DNA of 64,000 nt from an uncultured Armatimonadia bacterium. GTDB lineage: Bacteria > Armatimonadota > Zipacnadia > CAVVLO01. Positions 18,188 to 28,568 of the stretch are shown piece after piece. The first letter of the stretch is position 1. The number at the start of each line of letters is the position of its first letter. The DNA lies in NCBI GenBank assembly GCA_963749155.1, contig CAVVLO010000005.1, positions 384,001 through 448,000 of the forward strand, in the 5' to 3' direction. The notes under the pieces were generated by a model. That model saw nothing but the letters and a program-made list of their open reading frames with translations, did not search any database and was not told the origin of the DNA. Position numbers and translations under genes: made by a program.

Positions 18188-20110
18188 ATGAGTCAAGAGA
18201 CGCAGCCAGTTCAGGAGCCAGACTTCTCAACCCAGGCCCCGCGGTGGGGCTTCTGGGTGCTTGGCCTTGTGCTGGTCGCCGCAACCTCCCTCTGGATTGC
18301 CTACAGCGAGGTGCCCGCGCGCGTCTTTATCAGCTCCTGGTGCCTGGTGATCCCCGCAGTGCTCGTGTTGGTCATCCTCGTGGCCCTTTCCTACTGGAAG
18401 AGGCTCGCGATAACCAGGCAGGAGATACTCCTCGTCTATCTGATGATCTCCGCGACCTCTGGTTTTGCTGGTTATGCGATGCTGCATATGCTGCTGCCAG
18501 TGGTTGGCACTGCGGCTTTTTATGCGGATGACTCCAACCACTACGATGAAGTGCTGGGCTGGCTTCCGCAGTTCGTAAAACCTTCCAGCCGCGCGCTGGT
18601 GCGCCCTCTGTTCATCGGCGAGTCGAGCCCCGACTGGCTGGCCTGGCTCCCGATTGCAGCCTTCTGGCTTGGGTTTATGCTGGTCGCTTTCTGCGTGATG
18701 CTTTCCATCAACCTGCTGGTCTGGCGCAGGTGGGTCAGGCGAGAAAGGCTCAGCTTTCCGCTGGCGCAGATCCCCCTGGAGCTGGTCGAGAAACGCCGGG
18801 GCTGGTTGACCAACCGCACCCTCTGGATTGGCGCCTCCATCCCGATTGCACTGCAGACCCTGCTCGCCTTCAACTACTGGTATCCGGCTGTGCCGGCCTT
18901 CCTGCTCAAACACGAGGACTTCGCGCCCAGCCTTTTTGTGAATCTGCCGTGGAAAGCGGTCGGGCGGTTCTTCCTCAAAGGCTCGCCCTTCTTCTTCGGA
19001 ATCGCTTATCTTGCGCCGACTGACCTGTCCTTCAGCCTGTGGTTCTTTATGGCAGTGCGCTTCGTAGTGCTTATCGGGTCCAATATTCTGGGGCTGGATG
19101 CCCCCTTCGGGGCGCATGGCAGGGCTTTCCCCTTTATTGCGGAGTCCAACGTCGGCTCGTATGCTGCTTTTGGGCTGGCGGCCCTCTGGCTGGTGCGGAA
19201 GGACACCCTCGACCTTATCCGGCGCGCGCGCGCCAAAGCGCCCCTCGAAGAAGACGACCGGATGGCGCTGTTTGGACTTTGGGGCCTCGGGTTCGGGCTG
19301 ATTGGCCTGATACTTTTTGGCTGGGTGCTGGGCCTGCCCTGGTGGCTTACCCTGGTTATCTTTGGGCTCTTCCTGCTGTTTGGGGTTACTCTCTCGCGCG
19401 CCAGGGCCGAAGCTGGGCCGCCCTGGGTGTTTGGCTCGCGCACTTCCACCGACGTCGTGATGAACACCCTTGGCACAGCGCGCTTCGAAGGTAAAAGTCT
19501 GGTGGGGCTTTCCAGCGTGATGTGGTTCCTGGCGGATATCCGAAGCATCCCGATGCCCGCCCAACTCGAAGGCCTGAAACTGGCCGATGCCTCGGGCCTG
19601 TCGCGCAAGAAGACGGCCGTCGCCTTGATTGCGGCGACCTGTGTCGCGCTGATAGCGGGCTTCGCGGCGACGCTGGCGGCCTCGCACCTCTATGGCCTAA
19701 GCTCCGCCAAAGTCTATGGCGGGCCGCGCTGGGTTGGTTTCTGGGCCAATGACACCGCCGTCCGCTGGCTTAGAGAGGGCAGTCTGCCCGACCTGTCGGA
19801 AGTCACTCTGGCCATCCCAGGCGCCATCATCACCTGGGCGTTGATGCTGCTGCGCACCCATATCACCTGGTGGCCGCTCAATCCTATTGGCTACGTGCTG
19901 TCAAACAACCCGACTGGCGAAGTCTTCTGGTTCGCCTATTTCTGCGCCTGGCTTATCAAGACTCTCATTGTCCGGTATGGAGGCATCCGCCTTTACCGCA
20001 AGACCATCCCCTTCGCGCTGGGTATCGCACTTGGCGATATGATTATCCAGGGCTTCTGGAGTGCTCTTTCTTCGATCTTCAACCTGCCTGTCTACCAGTT
20101 CATTAGCTAA
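18188..20110 (+). CDS. Polytopic membrane protein, DUF6785/DUF6784-like putative peptide transporter
   Basis: WVRRERLSFPLAQIP, RARAEAG, WWPLNPIGY, IVRYGG motifs recalled for this family; many TM segments. Confidence 0.7.
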   Translation: MSQETQPVQEPDFSTQAPRWGFWVLGLVLVAATSLWIAYSEVPARVFISSWCLVIPAVLVLVILVALSYWKRLAITRQEILLVYLMISATSGFAGYAMLHMLLPVVGTAAFYADDSNHYDEVLGWLPQFVKPSSRALVRPLFIGESSPDWLAWLPIAAFWLGFMLVAFCVMLSINLLVWRRWVRRERLSFPLAQIPLELVEKRRGWLTNRTLWIGASIPIALQTLLAFNYWYPAVPAFLLKHEDFAPSLFVNLPWKAVGRFFLKGSPFFFGIAYLAPTDLSFSLWFFMAVRFVVLIGSNILGLDAPFGAHGRAFPFIAESNVGSYAAFGLAALWLVRKDTLDLIRRARAKAPLEEDDRMALFGLWGLGFGLIGLILFGWVLGLPWWLTLVIFGLFLLFGVTLSRARAEAGPPWVFGSRTSTDVVMNTLGTARFEGKSLVGLSSVMWFLADIRSIPMPAQLEGLKLADASGLSRKKTAVALIAATCVALIAGFAATLAASHLYGLSSAKVYGGPRWVGFWANDTAVRWLREGSLPDLSEVTLAIPGAIITWALMLLRTHITWWPLNPIGYVLSNNPTGEVFWFAYFCAWLIKTLIVRYGGIRLYRKTIPFALGIALGDMIIQGFWSALSSIFNLPVYQFIS

Positions 20111-20156
20111 GCTGGTGGTATAATCGCCGGCACCTGGCGATACTGGGGGGACCTTT

Positions 20157-21531
20157 ATGAAAGCCGTTATCCTGGCCGCGGGCCGAGGCAGCTATTTCCA
20201 GCCTTTCGACTACTACAGGCCCAAGACCCTCTGGCCTGTCTGCGAGAAGCCGCTGCTCGGGCATCTCTTCGACCGCCTGAAAGCGGTCGGCATATCGAAG
20301 ATTGCGGTTGTAGCTGGCCATCGCAAAGAGCGCATCGCTTACTGGCTTGCTGCTAACCCGCAAGAAGGCCTGGCCGTTACCTTGCTTGAACAGAGGGCGC
20401 CCCTCGGCACTGCCGATGCCCTGCTGGCCGCTGAAGAGTGGCTTGCCGGCGAGGACGCCCTGGTCGTTTATGGCGATCTGGCCTTTGGGCCAGGCGTTTT
20501 GCCGCAGGTTCTAGAGGCCTTTCAGCAGGCCGAACTGGGCGTGGTAGCGACCAAGCAGGTCGAAAAGGCCGGCCACTATGCGCGCGTGCATAGCGCAGAG
20601 GGCAAAGCTAGCGGTTACTCCGCTCCAGAGGCTGAGGCGCGCCAGGCCGCTGTCCTCGCAGGAATATGGGCCTTGCGTCCGGCCGCTGTGAGGTTTGCTG
20701 CCTCTGTTTCCGGCTTGTTGCAGGAGACCTTTGTCGGTACCCCGCCCAAAGAAGAACGCGACCTGCTTGAGCTTATTCCGCTTGCCTCAGCTGCCGGGAC
20801 ACCCCTCTCCACTTGCGCGCTGGAAAACTGGTGGGTAGATGTAGATTTCGCCTGGGACACCGTCCGGGCTTATCGCCACCTGTTTGAGGAACGTATCGCG
20901 AAGCTGGCCGGCCAGGTGGTAGTCGCCGAGGGAGGCCTGATTGAAGAGGGCGCCCGGGTGAGCGGGCCTGTCTATGTAGGGCCTGGCGCGGTGGTCGAGG
21001 CTGGCGCTTGCCTTGAAGGGCCTGTCTGGCTCGAGGCGGGCGCGCGAGTCAGGTTCGGCAGCCTGGTGCATTCAGGTACCTGGGTGGGGAAGGGCAGCCG
21101 GATTGGGCCCAAATGCCGAGGTACGCGGGATGCTGGATGAGGATTGCACCGCACTCCATTGTTGTGAATTCGAAGGTATCGCTTTGAAAGGTTCGCGCTT
21201 TTCGCACTATATGGAGCTGGCGGGCATCTTCGGCGAGGGCTCCGAGATTGGCGCTGGCACGATGACAGGCACCTTGCGCTTTGATAATGGGCTGACCCGG
21301 GTCAAGTTGAAGGGGCGCTACTATGAGGCTGAAGAGCTTTCCGGCGTGCTGTATGGCGATTATTCGCGCACTGGAGTTGGCGCCCTGCTTATGCCTGGGC
21401 GCATCATCGGGCCTGCGGGCATCGTCGGGGCGGGCGTGGTGCTTGAGCAAAACGTGGCGCCCCATACTCTTGTCAGGCTGGAGCAGCAAACAGTAATAAC
21501 CGAATGGCCCCGAGAGATTTACGAGACCTGA
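20157..21531 (+). CDS. Bifunctional sugar-1-phosphate nucleotidyl/acetyltransferase (GlmU-like); frameshift near 21110
   Basis: MKAVILAAGRG...RPK, GTADAL, YGD; hexapeptide-repeat C-terminus; TGGTATAAT at 20116-20124 upstream. Confidence 0.8.
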
Positions 21532-21551
21532 GCAACCGAAGTCAGTGACCC

Positions 21552-21581
21552 TTGACAGGTCGCGCCGGGCGGTGCTATATT
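21552..21581 (+). promoter_or_regulatory. Sigma70-type promoter of the rplU operon
   Basis: TTGACA-N18-TATATT with TG extension. Confidence 0.7.
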
Positions 21582-21656
21582 ATGGCGCCGCCGCGGGGCA
21601 GGGACCATCAGCCTGCGCGGCGAGTTTGCCGCGCGTCACCAGTGGGTGAACCTTAG

Positions 21657-21971
21657 ATGTACGCAGTAGCCAAGATAAAAGGTAAGCAGTACAAACTCGA
21701 AGAGGGCACTATCGTCTTCGTCGACCTTCTGAAGGCCGAGACGGGCTCTACTGTTGCCTTCGAGGAAGTCTATCTGCTTGCAGAGGACGACAAAGTCGAA
21801 GTAGGCACTCCCGTACTCGCGGGCGTGACGATTTCTGCGACCGTGCTGGGCGAAGAGAAAGACAAAAAGATCCGCATCGCCAAGTTCAAGTCGAAGCGTA
21901 ACGAGTGGCACAAGGTCCAGGGACATCGCCAGCGCTACACCAAGATCAGGATAGACAAAATCACGAAGTAA
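21657..21971 (+). CDS. rplU: 50S ribosomal protein L21
   Basis: MYAVAKIKGKQYK...GHRQRYT. Confidence 0.97.
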   Translation: MYAVAKIKGKQYKLEEGTIVFVDLLKAETGSTVAFEEVYLLAEDDKVEVGTPVLAGVTISATVLGEEKDKKIRIAKFKSKRNEWHKVQGHRQRYTKIRIDKITK

Positions 21972-22014
21972 TTTCCCTCGCCCTTTGGCGAGCTTAGCCT
22001 GGAGTTGAGACTTA

Positions 22015-22284
22015 ATGGCACATAAAAAAGCAGGCGGCTCTAGCCGCAACGGTCGCGACAGTAATGCTCAGCGTCGGGGCGTAAAGGCCTACGGTGGCGA
22101 GTTCGTGCGCGCAGGGGCCATCATTGTGCGTCAGTGCGGCACCCCCATCAAGCCGGGGAAGAACGTCGGGCTTGGCAGAGATTACACCATCTATTCACTT
22201 ATCGAAGGTACCGTGAAGTTCGAGATCTTCGGCAAGGGCAAGAAGGAGAGGCGCGTCTCCGTCGACCCAATCGTTGTAGCTTAG
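22015..22284 (+). CDS. rpmA: 50S ribosomal protein L27
   Basis: [16 protein letters not shown]. Confidence 0.98.
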   Translation: MAHKKAGGSSRNGRDSNAQRRGVKAYGGEFVRAGAIIVRQCGTPIKPGKNVGLGRDYTIYSLIEGTVKFEIFGKGKKERRVSVDPIVVA

Positions 22285-22333
22285 GAGACAGCTTCAATCA
22301 GGTTTGTGGCTAGTGGCCTCGAGGTGAAGGCAG

Positions 22334-23659
22334 TTGTCTGACAGCAATGAGCAGAAACTGGCAGCCTTCCTTGACGAGGCCACTCTCTTTGTCAAAGCAG
22401 GTAACGGTGGCGATGGGATGGCTCATTTCCACCGGGAGAAGTTCGTGCCGCGCGGTGGTCCCGATGGTGGAGATGGGGCGCCGGGCGGTTCTGTCGTTTT
22501 GGAAGCTACCTCCAGGCTGAGTTCACTCCTCGAATTTAAATACCAGCATCAGTTCAAGGCCGAGGTCGGGGGCAAGGGTGGCACCAACAACCGCGTTGGC
22601 GCGGCTGGCGCTGACCTGGTCATCCCCGTGCCTGCGGGCACGCAAATCTTTGATGCCGACTCGGGCGAGTTGCTGGCCGACCTCAGGATTGCCGGGTCGA
22701 CCGCGATTGTTGCGAGTGGTGGCCGGGGAGGCCGGGGCAATGCCTCCTTTACCGATCCTGTCCATCAGGCGCCTACCCTTGCCGAGATGGGCGAGCCGGG
22801 GGAGGAGCGCAACCTTCGCCTCGAACTCAAACTGCTGGCTGATGTCGGTTTGCTTGGATTGCCCAACGCGGGCAAGTCCAGCCTCATTACCCAGGTCTCT
22901 CGGGCGCGCCCGAAGATAGCCAATTATCCCTTTACAACCCTTAAGCCTCATTTGGGCGTCGTCAAGACTGACCAGGTAGAGTTCACTATGGCTGATCTGC
23001 CAGGGCTTATCGAGGGCGCCAGTGAAGGGGCGGGGCTGGGACATGACTTCCTCAGGCATCTGGAGCGCTGCGGCGTGCTGGTTCACGTCGTGGACTGTTC
23101 CGAGAAGACCCCTGAAGAGGCTTTGGGGGCCTGGCAGACTCTGCGCACCGAGCTTGAGCGTTATGACTCCGACCTGGCGCGCCGCCCCGAGTTTATCGTG
23201 CTCAACAAGTTCGACCTGTGGGCCTTCGATGAGGAAGCTGTCGAGGAATACACCAAGCAGTTCAAGTCGACAGGCAGGCAGGTCTTCTGTGCAAGCACCG
23301 CGACCGGCTGGGGCCTGGATTCACTGATTAACACCCTGGGCGCTCTCGTCGATGCCGAGCGCGCGGCCAACCCGGTACTGGAAGAGCCGCAGCATCTGGA
23401 TTGTTCTCGAACTGAAGCCCCTCTTGAGGTCAACGCTTCCGAAGAGGAAGAAGACGTCTTTCTTGTCTCTGGCGGAGGGATAGAAAAGTTTCTGTGGCGA
23501 GTTGACTTCACAAGCACCGAGGCGTTGTATTATCTGCATAAGCGTATGCAGCGCATTGGGGTCATCGACAAGCTGCGCGCGCTGGGCGCAAGGGAAGGTT
23601 CGACCGTCAGGATTGGCGAGTTCGAGCTGCAATTCACCGATATGCCCCTCTTCGACTGA
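22334..23659 (+). CDS. obgE: GTPase ObgE with C-terminal OCT domain
   Basis: REKFVPRGGPDGGDG, GLPNAGKS, YPFTT, DLPG, NKFD. Confidence 0.97.
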   Translation: MSDSNEQKLAAFLDEATLFVKAGNGGDGMAHFHREKFVPRGGPDGGDGAPGGSVVLEATSRLSSLLEFKYQHQFKAEVGGKGGTNNRVGAAGADLVIPVPAGTQIFDADSGELLADLRIAGSTAIVASGGRGGRGNASFTDPVHQAPTLAEMGEPGEERNLRLELKLLADVGLLGLPNAGKSSLITQVSRARPKIANYPFTTLKPHLGVVKTDQVEFTMADLPGLIEGASEGAGLGHDFLRHLERCGVLVHVVDCSEKTPEEALGAWQTLRTELERYDSDLARRPEFIVLNKFDLWAFDEEAVEEYTKQFKSTGRQVFCASTATGWGLDSLINTLGALVDAERAANPVLEEPQHLDCSRTEAPLEVNASEEEEDVFLVSGGGIEKFLWRVDFTSTEALYYLHKRMQRIGVIDKLRALGAREGSTVRIGEFELQFTDMPLFD

Positions 23660-23671
23660 GGAGAGACGCCC

Positions 23672-24775
23672 TTGGCGAACTGCAATCTGAAAAAACTGGT
23701 TGTGAAACTTGGTAGCTCGTCGCTTTCCGCTCCCGGTGGAGGGCTGGACGAGGCCTATATGGCGAACCTGGCCGAGCAAGTGGGCAAATTGCGCTCTCTA
23801 GGCTGGGAGACCTTGCTTGTCAGTTCGGGGGCTGTGCGCTCAGGGCTGCAATTGCTTGGCGTCGACCAGCCTGACGAACTCACCGCTCAGCAGGCCCTTG
23901 CCGCGGTAGGCCAGAGCGCCCTGATGAACACGTGGGGAAGGGCCTTCCAAAAGCAGCAGCTTCACGTCGGGCAGGTACTGCTGACCCGTTATGACCTCGA
24001 AGACCGCGCTCGATACCTCAATGCCCGCGCCTGTCTTGTCGAGCTTTTCCGCCTGGGCGTCGTGCCTGTTGTCAACGAAAATGATACAGTTGCCGTGGAT
24101 GAGCTATGTTTCGGTGACAACGACACTCTGGCGGCGATGGTCGCCTCGATGCTGGATGCAGACCTGTTGGTGCTACTCACCGATGTAGAGGGCTTTTATT
24201 CTGACCTCGAACAAAAAACTGTGATCCGCGAGGTGGCCTCCGTGGACAAGACGCTGTTCGCCCTGGATTTCGGCAAGGGTGACAGCGTTTCGCGCGGGGG
24301 GATGGCGACCAAACTGCAGGCGGCGCGGCTAGCCACAAAGGCGGGTATCGAGGTTGTGCTGGCTCACGCCAGGGCTGATGAGGTACTGGTCAGGGCAGCC
24401 GACGGGCAGGAAGTCGGCACGCGCTTTGTAGCGCAGAGCAAGCGACTCGAAAACCGCAAGCGCTGGCTAGCTTATGCGCGGGTCAAGCGCGGCACGCTTA
24501 CTGTAAATGACGGCGCGCGCCTGGCCTTGCTCGAGCGCGGCAAGAGCCTGCTCGCGGCCGGCCTTGTGAAAGTGGCTGGACGCTTTGAGGCAGGCGATCT
24601 TGTCGATATCGCCGATGAGGCGGGCGAAGTGCTTGCGCGTGGTCTGGTAAGATACGGTTATCGCGAACTCCAGCAGGTTATGGGCCTGCGCTCCGCCGAG
24701 GCGCGCAAGCAACTTGGCGATGAGTTCGTCTGTGAAGAAGTTGTGCATCGCGATGATATGGTTGTAAATCCTTAG
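23672..24775 (+). CDS. proB: Glutamate 5-kinase
   Basis: VVKLGSS, VSSGAV, VNENDTV, GDNDTLAA, GGMATK, PUA domain. Confidence 0.97.
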   Translation: MANCNLKKLVVKLGSSSLSAPGGGLDEAYMANLAEQVGKLRSLGWETLLVSSGAVRSGLQLLGVDQPDELTAQQALAAVGQSALMNTWGRAFQKQQLHVGQVLLTRYDLEDRARYLNARACLVELFRLGVVPVVNENDTVAVDELCFGDNDTLAAMVASMLDADLLVLLTDVEGFYSDLEQKTVIREVASVDKTLFALDFGKGDSVSRGGMATKLQAARLATKAGIEVVLAHARADEVLVRAADGQEVGTRFVAQSKRLENRKRWLAYARVKRGTLTVNDGARLALLERGKSLLAAGLVKVAGRFEAGDLVDIADEAGEVLARGLVRYGYRELQQVMGLRSAEARKQLGDEFVCEEVVHRDDMVVNP

Positions 24776-24789
24776 GAGGTACGTGCCCC

Positions 24790-26052
24790 GTGGAGCCACT
24801 TGTCGAAGTCCAGACCAAAGGCCAGGCTGCCAGGCGCGCTGCTCTTGTGCTCGCTTCGCTGCCGACTGCGGATAAGAACAAAGCCCTCGAACTTATTGCT
24901 GATCTGCTCGAAGAGCGGACCGGTTATATCCTCACCGAGAACACCAAAGATATGCGCGCCGGCAAGGAAAACGGTATGACGGAAGCCTTGCTGGACAGGT
25001 TGCTGCTGAGCGAAGGGCGGCTGAAGAGCATAGCCGATTCGGTGCGCGAGGTCGTAGGGCTTGCCGATCCGGTAGGCGAGGTCGTTGATGGGCTGCGCCG
25101 GCCCAATGGACTGCGAATCACCCGTATAAGGGTGCCAATGGGCGTGGTGGGGATCATCTACGAGGCCCGCCCAAACGTGACAGTGGACGCCGCGGCGCTC
25201 TGCCTCAAGTCAGGCAATGCGGTCGTGCTGCGCGGCGGCAAGGAAGCCATCCGCAGTAATACCGCTCTCGTAAGGGTCATCCAGGAAGGCCTCGAGAAAG
25301 CCGGGCTTCCCAAGGACTCTGTCCAGCTCATCGAGAACACCGACCGGGAGACCGCCCGAGAGCTTATGCGCGCAAAGGCTTATCTCGACGTGCTGATCCC
25401 GCGCGGCGGAGCGGGGCTTATCCAGAGTGTTACCGAAAATGCCACCGTGCCGACCATAGAGACGGGCGTTGGCAATTGTCACGTTTATATTGATTCGCCA
25501 AGCAAACTGGAGATCGCCAAGCCTCTCGTGGTGAACTCCAAGTGCCACCGGCCAGGCGTCTGCAACGCCGCCGAGACTCTCCTGGTGCATCAGGACGTCG
25601 CGGCAGAATACCTCCCTGTGCTTGTACAGGCGCTTGTGGACAGCAAGGTGGAGCTGCGCGGCTGCGATATGACACGCCAACTCTGTCCAGAGTTGCCCAT
25701 CAAGCCTGCCACCGAGGACGACTGGCGCGAGGAGTATCTGGCCCTGGTGATGGCGGTCAAAGTGGTCACTTCGCTGGAGGAGGCCATCGCCCATATCAAC
25801 ACTTATGGCACCAGGCACACTGAGGCCATCGTGACGGATGACTACTTCCACGCGACCCAGTTCTGCCAGCAGGTGGATGCAGCGGCGGTAAATGTAAACG
25901 CCTCGACGCGTTTCACTGATGGCGGGCAGTATGGGCTGGGCGCCGAGATAGGCATCAGCACGCAGAAGCTTCACGCGCGGGGGCCGATGGGGCTGCGCGA
26001 ACTTACAACCATAAAGTGGATCGTCCAGGGCGAGGGGCAGATCCGCAGCTAA
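24790..26052 (+). CDS. proA: Gamma-glutamyl phosphate reductase
   Basis: IIYEARPNVT, CNAAETLLVH, NASTRFTDG, GISTQKLHARGPMG. Confidence 0.97.
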   Translation: MEPLVEVQTKGQAARRAALVLASLPTADKNKALELIADLLEERTGYILTENTKDMRAGKENGMTEALLDRLLLSEGRLKSIADSVREVVGLADPVGEVVDGLRRPNGLRITRIRVPMGVVGIIYEARPNVTVDAAALCLKSGNAVVLRGGKEAIRSNTALVRVIQEGLEKAGLPKDSVQLIENTDRETARELMRAKAYLDVLIPRGGAGLIQSVTENATVPTIETGVGNCHVYIDSPSKLEIAKPLVVNSKCHRPGVCNAAETLLVHQDVAAEYLPVLVQALVDSKVELRGCDMTRQLCPELPIKPATEDDWREEYLALVMAVKVVTSLEEAIAHINTYGTRHTEAIVTDDYFHATQFCQQVDAAAVNVNASTRFTDGGQYGLGAEIGISTQKLHARGPMGLRELTTIKWIVQGEGQIRS

Positions 26053-26075
26053 CTCGCGGCAATAAAGCTAAAGGT

Positions 26076-28568
26076 CTAATCGAGGTCCGGTGTCGTGGCG
26101 CCGGGCCTCAGTTTTTCGGCGGGGATTAGCACCAGGCGAGTCTCGCTGACAGACAGCGCAAACCTGAGCCTGCCCTGCTCATCCGCTGTCAGAGGCATTA
26201 CCCGGGTGCCCCCAACGGCGTCTCTTATCCCCAGGACATGGCTTGAGCCAGGCTGCACCCGGTACAGGCCATCCGAAAGCGTAAAGGCTACTTCCACCTG
26301 ACCAGCGGGACCGACCAGTTGCTCGCCTGTCTCGGTTTGCTGAAGCCCGGCGCCAGGGCCGAAGGCGTCCAGTTCTAGTCGGTCTGCGATAGCTTCTCGC
26401 GCCTGCAGCCAAACCTGATTATTGGAAGGTGTCGCCTGCAAAGCCAGCGGTGTCAGTAGTTGCGGGTCGGCGCTGGCAGCGCCAAACAGGCGCACCGTGT
26501 CAGAGGCAAGCCCCAGAGCGGGCGCGAATACCTGACAGATCGCCTCCTGGAAAACCGCACCTCCCAGGTGATGGACTTCCACCTCAAGAGGCAGCTTTCC
26601 CTCATCCCCTGACTGGGCGACGACAAACTGGGGGAAGGCCGCAATCCGCGCGCCATCTCGCCCGGGCAGCCGGTCGGGCGTCACAGGCATCAAGGCAGCC
26701 TGAGCGCGTTCCATCGCGAGGGGCAAATGGAACTTGCTCCAGGCGAGGTCTTCGCTGGACCATCTGGCCCAGAGACTGGTAGAGCCGAAAAACGCCCAGC
26801 CCGATTCGATGGGGTGAGCGAATATCCCGGCATAGACAGGGATGTTTATCAGGCGCGAGCGCATCGCCCGCCAGAGCATAAAGACATGGGTCTGATTACC
26901 GGGGAAGGCCATTACCCATCTGTCGCCGAAAGGCAGGCCTGACAAGGCCGCGTTGGTGGCTTCACCTGCGCGAAAAGCGGGCAAGGCCGAGATCTGCGTA
27001 TAGACCGCAAGCTCTCCTTGCCCTCCCAGCTCTTCGGCGAGCATCGGGAGCCCAAGCAGCAGCTTTGCATCCTCAGGCATCGAGGAGATATGCCCCTCTG
27101 CCCGGTCGCAGGCAAAGCCCAAATCGGCGATGAGGGCGCCACCTCCCGCTACGAAATCTCCAAGCGCGGCGGTGGCTTCTTCAGGCAGCTCAAACTGGGC
27201 AGGCAGCAGGCAGAGGCTATAGTTATCGAGGTTCACAAACTCCCACAGGTCGCGGCTCGATACCACATCGCAAGAGGCAAAAGGCGTGCCTTCGGAGAAA
27301 TCCGAAGCGCATCTCCAGTCATCGTCGAAAAACTGCTGATAGGCCGCGCCCAGGCCAAAATACTTGGGGAAGTGGGTCACAAGCACTGGGGTCAGTGCAG
27401 GCTGCACGAAACAGGCCGTCAGGCGCTTGCCCTCGGCAAGGGCAGCCTCGAGCTCCACTGCGTCAAGAGGTCTGCTGGGTAGAAACTGTTGGGGTATGAC
27501 CACGCCCGAGGTGCCGCGCAAAGCGGCTCGCTGGACGAACTCTTTCAATTTCAGGCCAGGCGCGCGCAGCCTGTCTTCTCGTCCCATATCGCTGGCATAT
27601 AAGGGGAAACAGGCGAACCGGTTGGCCCGCATACAGGCAGCGAGGGCGGGCAGAGAAAGTGCGCTTTCTCCCTCGGCTTGCTCGAAAAAAGCCGAAACAA
27701 ACATCCCCAGGTAGGCGGGAGGCACCACAAGGGCCACATACGGGTCGGCAGGCACATCCACCAGCAGCGGTCGCAGTGGATCATGCTGTTTAACTGCCGC
27801 AAGCAGCGCAAGCAGGCGGTCTTCATGAGCCTGGGCCCAGGCCAGATTGGGATCGAGCCAGGCATAACCGGGCGCGTGGAAGTTGGGCAGCGGCACATTG
27901 AGCGCATCGGAGAGGGTCAGCGTGTCAAAATTCGTCAGCGCGGTGCCCCAGGCCTGGTTTACCTGCGGCAGGTCGGCATAATTGGCGAGCACCCAACCCC
28001 GAAACTCTTTGGGGGTTGGCGGCAGGTAGGCGAGTTCACGATAATCTACTGTCCAGGCAACGACGCGCTTGCTGGCGGCAAGTTTCTTGACCAGGGGGCC
28101 GACAAGGGTGGGGAAGTTCTTCAGCGCGTCCTCGACTGCGATAGCCGCATCTCCGCGCGCAACATAGGGACGCAGTTCGAGGATGAGATAAAGGTCGGAC
28201 GCCTCGGCCGCCGCCAGGGCCTCCAGGGCCTCGTTCAGGGCAAGTTCGGGATTGCGGACAGTGATGGCGCGGATCACGGTATTGAGCCCGCAGGCCCGAC
28301 CGAGTTCCAGATTGTCAGGTTTCCGGTTGAACCAGCCTGCCAGTAAAGGAAGGGATCTGCCTTCGGCCGCAAGTACCACTTTGCCAAGCGCATTGCGCGT
28401 CAGGTTGGCCAGAGGCACTACGGGAGCAGGCGGGGGAGTAGCAGTCGGCTGAGCAGGAGCAGGCTGAGTGGGGGCCGGTTGCTCCTGGGCTGCGGCTGGC
28501 AAGGCGGTCAGAAGAGCGGCCGCCAGCAGCAGCGCCAGGAGGTATATTCCAGCTTTACTTGCCCGCAA
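26076..28568 (-). CDS. Large secreted glycoside-hydrolase-like protein (830 aa)
   Basis: Signal peptide, Pro/Gln-rich linker, GH42-like FRGWVLANYADLPQVNQAWGT, trimerisation-like LGDFVAGGGALIAD. Confidence 0.6.
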   Translation of the reverse strand: MRASKAGIYLLALLLAAALLTALPAAAQEQPAPTQPAPAQPTATPPPAPVVPLANLTRNALGKVVLAAEGRSLPLLAGWFNRKPDNLELGRACGLNTVIRAITVRNPELALNEALEALAAAEASDLYLILELRPYVARGDAAIAVEDALKNFPTLVGPLVKKLAASKRVVAWTVDYRELAYLPPTPKEFRGWVLANYADLPQVNQAWGTALTNFDTLTLSDALNVPLPNFHAPGYAWLDPNLAWAQAHEDRLLALLAAVKQHDPLRPLLVDVPADPYVALVVPPAYLGMFVSAFFEQAEGESALSLPALAACMRANRFACFPLYASDMGREDRLRAPGLKLKEFVQRAALRGTSGVVIPQQFLPSRPLDAVELEAALAEGKRLTACFVQPALTPVLVTHFPKYFGLGAAYQQFFDDDWRCASDFSEGTPFASCDVVSSRDLWEFVNLDNYSLCLLPAQFELPEEATAALGDFVAGGGALIADLGFACDRAEGHISSMPEDAKLLLGLPMLAEELGGQGELAVYTQISALPAFRAGEATNAALSGLPFGDRWVMAFPGNQTHVFMLWRAMRSRLINIPVYAGIFAHPIESGWAFFGSTSLWARWSSEDLAWSKFHLPLAMERAQAALMPVTPDRLPGRDGARIAAFPQFVVAQSGDEGKLPLEVEVHHLGGAVFQEAICQVFAPALGLASDTVRLFGAASADPQLLTPLALQATPSNNQVWLQAREAIADRLELDAFGPGAGLQQTETGEQLVGPAGQVEVAFTLSDGLYRVQPGSSHVLGIRDAVGGTRVMPLTADEQGRLRFALSVSETRLVLIPAEKLRPGATTPDLD

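Noticed and set aside
21972..22014. Missing prp/ysxB protease gene between rplU and rpmA
   Set aside because: L27 begins MAHKK with no N-terminal extension, so no protease is needed.
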